From: Bacteroidota bacterium
GTDB lineage: Bacteria > Bacteroidota > Ignavibacteria > Ignavibacteriales > Melioribacteraceae
DNA length: 64,000 bases
Reading direction: 5' to 3'
Assembly (NCBI GenBank): GCA_023397505.1
Contig: JAEWUC010000001.1
Coordinates: forward strand, 55,519-119,518
Shown: in pieces, positions 59,802-64,000 of the stretch
Numbering within the stretch: the stretch's first letter is position 1
How the letters are laid out: the number at the start of each line of letters is the position of its first letter
Notes under the pieces: generated by a model
Told to the model about the DNA's origin: nothing
Database searches by the model: none
Seen by the model: the letters and a program-made list of their open reading frames with translations, nothing else
Program-made: the position numbers and the translations under genes

Positions 59802-61176
59802 TGCTCTCTTCGCTTGTTGAATTCGACCAGGATGAACGCAGCTTTTGAGGGATTAATTTAGCAATGAAGTCGAAACTAAGTGTAATCTTTTCCCGTGCAC
59901 TTTTTATCATTAAAATAACTCCTAAAATTCCCAGCAATATATTAGCACTCCAAATTCCAAGAAAGGGCGATAGTAGTCCTCGGTCGGCAAGTTTTTCTCC
60001 GCCAATTAAAAACGACCAATAGATTAAAAAGAAAACAAGACTAATTCCTGCCGCCATTCCAAATCCGCCTTTGCGCATCATTGTGCCAAGCGGTGCACCG
60101 ATCAATACAAATATTATGCATGCAAAAGGTAATGAATATTTTTTGTGTACTTCGACCCAATACCTGTCAATTTCCTTATTGCTGTAATTAACACTGCTTA
60201 CTGTTGATAAGAATGAATTTTCATCAGACTTAATTCTTTGTTGAACCCTCAAAAAAATATTCTGCGAAATATTTTTATTCTGAAAAGGTGTTCCGGCTTT
60301 ATGAGCATGGTACCGGAAAATTTCTTTGATTTTTGTATCCAATACACCGGAATATTTTTTTTTAGTAACTTCAATGCTGTCGGCAATTTTTAGTAATGCA
60401 TTAGCGCCGAGTTCTCTATCGCCGCGCTGACCACCGGGTGCGGTCTGTTCAAAAGTAAATTGATCGGCAGGCAGTGCAATTTTATGCCGCGTAAATCTTA
60501 ATCGCCTGTATTCGGTTGCATCATTAATATTTGTTTCGTGAATTTCCCCGTTATTCAAATCCATCATTAGTTTTTTTTGACTTCCGGAGAAATAAATCTT
60601 CCCATCTAAAGCTGTAACTATATTTAATTTCGGAGAATTTGAATAATCATAGATAGTAATATTTTTAAGCTGATTTTTATTTTGATCAATCTCTCTCGCT
60701 AAAATTGAATATTCCGGAACTTCCTGTGAAAAAACACCCGGCACAAGAGAGAGTGTGGGGCGTTTTCTTGAAATGTCTTCCAACAATAATCTTGCAGAAT
60801 GATTAGCGTTCGGGTAAATATTATTATTAAAATAAATTAAAAGAAGGGCAATAAATACGCTGCCGATTAATGGTGGAATCATCATTTTGTACAAACTTAC
60901 ACCTGTAGCTTTTAAAATTGCTACCTCGTTGTTTTGCGACATACCGCCGAATGCCATTAACGTTGCGATGAGAACAGCCATTGGAATTACAAGAACAATC
61001 ATCCACGCTAAACTATACGTAATCAATTCAATTATTATCCAACCGCTCAAACCTTTACCCACAATGCTGTCGGCCATTTTAACAAGATACTGTAATAAAA
61101 AAACGGCTATCAGCGTAAAAGTTGCAAATAAAAAAGGTATTAAGTGATTTCTTAATATATACCGAACAATAATCAT
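59788..61176 (-). CDS. lptF: LPS export ABC transporter permease, LptF/LptG family; LptF by gene order
   Basis: IIVRYILRNHLIPFLF N-terminus and the same topology, with a longer periplasmic insert and C-terminal tail (462 aa). Confidence 0.7.
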   Translation of the reverse strand: MIIVRYILRNHLIPFLFATFTLIAVFLLQYLVKMADSIVGKGLSGWIIIELITYSLAWMIVLVIPMAVLIATLMAFGGMSQNNEVAILKATGVSLYKMMIPPLIGSVFIALLLIYFNNNIYPNANHSARLLLEDISRKRPTLSLVPGVFSQEVPEYSILAREIDQNKNQLKNITIYDYSNSPKLNIVTALDGKIYFSGSQKKLMMDLNNGEIHETNINDATEYRRLRFTRHKIALPADQFTFEQTAPGGQRGDRELGANALLKIADSIEVTKKKYSGVLDTKIKEIFRYHAHKAGTPFQNKNISQNIFLRVQQRIKSDENSFLSTVSSVNYSNKEIDRYWVEVHKKYSLPFACIIFVLIGAPLGTMMRKGGFGMAAGISLVFFLIYWSFLIGGEKLADRGLLSPFLGIWSANILLGILGVILMIKSAREKITLSFDFIAKLIPQKLRSSWSNSTSEESNENT

Positions 61177-61375
61177 TGCGCTCTTTTTTTAGTGGTAGAA
61201 ATTTACCAATATACTTTTACACATAAAAGAAATAGTAGGCTTGTATTTAAAACCAAATACGATTAATTAAAATACTATTAGACTTGAATCCAGCATTACA
61301 TACATGTAAATTTGAGCGGCTGATAAGAGGGTAAATCTAATTCATGTTAATTGCTAAAATCATCCCGGAGGATTT

Positions 61376-62743
61376 GTGAATTCTGTTTTAAACTATCTTG
61401 AATCAAATTTCCAAAGTTATTTAAATGAATTGAAAGAATATTTAAAGATACCAAGTATTAGCACTTTGGATACACATAAAAACGAAATGCAAAGATGTGC
61501 AGAGCACGCTCAAATGCTTTTAAAGAATGCAGGTATGTCAAACACGGCAGTATATCAAACTGAAGGTCATCCGGTTGTTTACGGTGAATGGCTGAATGCA
61601 CCCGGCAAACCAACTGTTTTAGTTTACGGTCATTATGATGTTCAACCAGTTGATCCTCTTGAACTTTGGAATTCAGAACCGTTTGAAATGGTTGTAAAAG
61701 ATGGAAAAATTTGGGGACGCGGTGCAAATGATAATAAAGGTCAACACTTTATTCACATTAAAGGAGTTGAAGCATATTTAAAGACATTAGGTTCTCTACC
61801 TGTTAACGTTAAATTTCTTCTCGAAGGCGAAGAGGAAATAGGCAGCGATAATCTGCCAAAATTTATTAGTGAGAATAAGGATTTGTTAAAATGTGATGCG
61901 ATATTGATTTCGGATACTAGCATGTATGATGCAGGTGTGCCGACAATTACTTACGGTTTACGTGGATTGTTGTATATGGAAGTTGAAGTTGTTGTTGCGG
62001 ACCGCGATCTTCATTCGGGTAGTTTCGGCGGAGCTGTTGCTAACCCAATTAATGAACTTGCAAAAATTATAGCCAAACTTCAGGATAAAAATCTTAAGGC
62101 AACTATTCCAAATTTTTACAAAGATGTATTAAAACTGACAAAGAAAGAAAGGGATAATTTTAAGCGTTTAAAATTTTCGGATAAAAAATACGCAAAAGAA
62201 CTCCATGTAAAAGAATTGCAAGGCGAAAAAGGTTTTACTACGCTTGAAAGATTGTGGGCCCGCCCTACCTTGGATTGCAACGGTATAATCGGCGGTTTTA
62301 CTGAAAAAGGAGCAAAGACTGTTTTACCATCTAAAGCTTTAGCAAAAATTAGTATGAGACTTGTACCGAATCAAGATCCAAAAAAGATTGCAATAGAGTT
62401 TACAAAGCACATAAAAAAAATTGCACCAAAAAGCGTAAGCGTTGAAGTGAGAATGCTTCATTACGGTTATCCAGTTGTTGTTCCTCTTGAAAGCAAAGCT
62501 ATTGTCGCAGGTGCAAATGCCGTTGCAAGGGCTTTCGGTAAAAAGACTGTTTTCACACGCGAGGGCGGTTCAATTCCTGTTGTGGTTGATTTGATAAAAT
62601 TATTAAAAGCACCGGCTATTTTAATGGGACTCGGTTTGGATTCGGACGATATTCATTCGCCAAATGAACATTTCCGTTTGGAAAATTTTAAAAAGGGCCT
62701 GTTAAGCTCGGCGTACTTTTTCGATGAATTCTCGAAGATCTAA
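61376..62743 (+). CDS. M20-family dipeptidase / metallohydrolase
   Basis: VLVYGHYDVQPVDP...W...PFE....DGKIWGRGANDNKGQ, EGEEEIGS and HSPNEH motifs. GTG start after ggagga. Confidence 0.85.
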   Translation: MNSVLNYLESNFQSYLNELKEYLKIPSISTLDTHKNEMQRCAEHAQMLLKNAGMSNTAVYQTEGHPVVYGEWLNAPGKPTVLVYGHYDVQPVDPLELWNSEPFEMVVKDGKIWGRGANDNKGQHFIHIKGVEAYLKTLGSLPVNVKFLLEGEEEIGSDNLPKFISENKDLLKCDAILISDTSMYDAGVPTITYGLRGLLYMEVEVVVADRDLHSGSFGGAVANPINELAKIIAKLQDKNLKATIPNFYKDVLKLTKKERDNFKRLKFSDKKYAKELHVKELQGEKGFTTLERLWARPTLDCNGIIGGFTEKGAKTVLPSKALAKISMRLVPNQDPKKIAIEFTKHIKKIAPKSVSVEVRMLHYGYPVVVPLESKAIVAGANAVARAFGKKTVFTREGGSIPVVVDLIKLLKAPAILMGLGLDSDDIHSPNEHFRLENFKKGLLSSAYFFDEFSKI

Positions 62744-62763
62744 AATTAATGTGAGGGTTGAGT

Positions 62764-63600
62764 ATGAAACTCTATAGACTATTCATAGTGTTTCCGCTAA
62801 TATTTATATTTGCAATTAGTTGTTCTTCAGATCAAAAGGGCGACGGCGATGCAGCACATTCGACATCAAAAGACGAAGAAATTAGAGAATACAATATAGA
62901 TATTGAAAAAGGACAAACAGAAAATCGATTCCCTTGCGATACTATTGCTTTAAAAGAATATATTCTTGATAGTTATGAACCTGGTTCATATTTAATTTAT
63001 GCAGACCGTACTCATATTTATGATGTTCCGCGTCCTGCTGTAGTATATTTCAATGATGGCGCCAATTATATCCTTTCCATTATTGCTAGGTCAAAACACG
63101 GTGAACGCAATATCGAAACAAAGAATATAACTGGTTTTGAATCTAGTTATATTAATCTCGACAGCACTTCATTGGGAACTGCTTTCTTCTGGCTTACGTT
63201 ATTTGAATGCAAGGAGGGTTCTTTCGAAAGAGTTTGGGAATCGGAAATACCGATTCACGGCGGTTTTAATAAAATAACAATAAAAACCTGGCGGCCGAAA
63301 AATATAAAGTACGTTGAACTTAATTATGAAGACGGTATAATCTCAGGACATAGAAATTATAATTTCTTTATGATAGACGGCTGGCGCAAACCGCCGCATC
63401 TGCTCGAGACTTATGTGGGTATTGTACATAAAAGAAATATGGCTAATGTTAACAACGACAAAATACCTGACTACTTTGAGTATAGATTCGCTGAAGATTC
63501 TTTAAGAATAAGAATAATGGATTCAATACCGTTTTATTGGAGCGAACAAAAACAATTGTATATTACTAATAGAAACCCTCGTTGGTTTAGAAAGTATTAA
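62764..63600 (+). CDS. hypothetical lipoprotein
   Basis: Signal peptide with lipobox-like IFAISCSS. No recognised domain. Confidence 0.55.
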   Translation: MKLYRLFIVFPLIFIFAISCSSDQKGDGDAAHSTSKDEEIREYNIDIEKGQTENRFPCDTIALKEYILDSYEPGSYLIYADRTHIYDVPRPAVVYFNDGANYILSIIARSKHGERNIETKNITGFESSYINLDSTSLGTAFFWLTLFECKEGSFERVWESEIPIHGGFNKITIKTWRPKNIKYVELNYEDGIISGHRNYNFFMIDGWRKPPHLLETYVGIVHKRNMANVNNDKIPDYFEYRFAEDSLRIRIMDSIPFYWSEQKQLYITNRNPRWFRKY

Positions 63601-63665
63601 ATAATCATACTATGTTCTGTTAATAGTATTTATTAATTCCAACTCATATTATTACTAAAGGACAA

Positions 63666-64000
63666 ATGCAAGACGTTAATTCGGAAAAATATATATCTTC
63701 TTTTAAAGAAGAATATAATACAGTAAAAAATGGTTCGGCAGTACGGATCAATTCCGATGCGGTTATTATTCAACTTGAAGGAAAGGATACACTCGAATTC
63801 CTTCATAGAGTTTCAACTAATTCGGTTAAGGATTTAAAACCGTTCGAAAAGAAGAATACATTATTCCTAAATGCAAAAGGAAGATTTATCGATAGGACAA
63901 CTCTTATAAATCTTGAAAATTATTTTCTACTTATCGGCAACTTAGATGGAAGTAAAAAACTTTTTAATTGGATTAATAAATACATCATCATGGAGGACAT
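63666..64000 (+). CDS. folate-binding YgfZ/GcvT-like (aminomethyltransferase-fold) protein, 3' end outside window
   Basis: Not in the ORF track because no stop is reached. ATG 63666 opens MQDVNSEKY...AVIIQLEGKDTLEFLHRVSTNSVKDL...LNAKGRFI, the typical G.D...FL....TN.V start of the GcvT/YgfZ family. Confidence 0.55.
   Translation, partial: MQDVNSEKYISSFKEEYNTVKNGSAVRINSDAVIIQLEGKDTLEFLHRVSTNSVKDLKPFEKKNTLFLNAKGRFIDRTTLINLENYFLLIGNLDGSKKLFNWINKYIIMED

Noticed and set aside
1-64000. Whole-window scan for tRNA, rRNA, tmRNA, CRISPR arrays, IS elements, toxin-antitoxin pairs and known defence genes
   Set aside because: I found none by eye. All intergenic gaps over 150 bp (17140-17628, 40366-44844 leader part, 45465-45790, 50320-50512, 52117-52234, 61177-61375) lack cloverleaf-like or repeat-spacer structure. 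A tRNAscan/Infernal run would be needed to confirm.

Overview
AT-rich bacterial chromosomal window (GC roughly mid to upper 30s % by eye), almost fully coding. I call about 56 CDS. I recognised no rRNA, tRNA, CRISPR array, transposase or integrase. Gene content suggests an Ignavibacteria-like member of the FCB group, but this is inference. The evidence is T9SS type-A C-terminal sorting domains, a GWxTD protein, a CarboxypepD_reg-type TonB-dependent receptor, an atp operon lacking atpD/atpC, and Shine-Dalgarno-like sites before many genes. Order on the + strand: a glycan/EPS cluster (GT1 tail, GT2, lhgO-like, polyprenyl glycosylphosphotransferase, Dpm1-like GT2, GT2 fused to a degenerate phosphotransferase, accA, thioesterase, flippase). 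Then dut, dnaE, a FabL-like SDR, an acyl-CoA dehydrogenase, trxA and an orphan Reg_prop beta-propeller. Then a three-gene outer-membrane operon (TonB-dependent receptor, 1039-aa T9SS-sorted unknown protein, PorV/PorQ-like barrel). Then a YD-repeat-like protein, GWxTD protein, LpxL-family acyltransferase and GT9. Then an M23 peptidase and bactofilin joined directly to atpZ/I/B/E/F/H/A/G, followed by ffh-rpsP-KH-rimM-trmD-rplS. Next is an MqnA-like gene whose 3' end reappears 5.6 kb downstream, bracketing a 1539-aa beta-helix/cadherin-like T9SS adhesin. A minus-strand add-hyp-hutU-serA operon follows, then a TPR protein and a DUF3467 protein. Then a four-gene sensing module (secreted unknown, FecR-like, 801-aa OM barrel, CHASE2 adenylate/guanylate cyclase), lptF/lptG, an M20 dipeptidase, a lipoprotein and a partial YgfZ/GcvT-like gene. 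The three best candidates for undescribed biology are the SusD-less TonB receptor/T9SS-cargo/PorV-like operon (with a G9 tract), the FecR/OM-barrel/CHASE2-cyclase module, and the adhesin insertion flanked by diverged copies of a gene 3' end. All product calls rest on motif recognition by eye; no database search was run.
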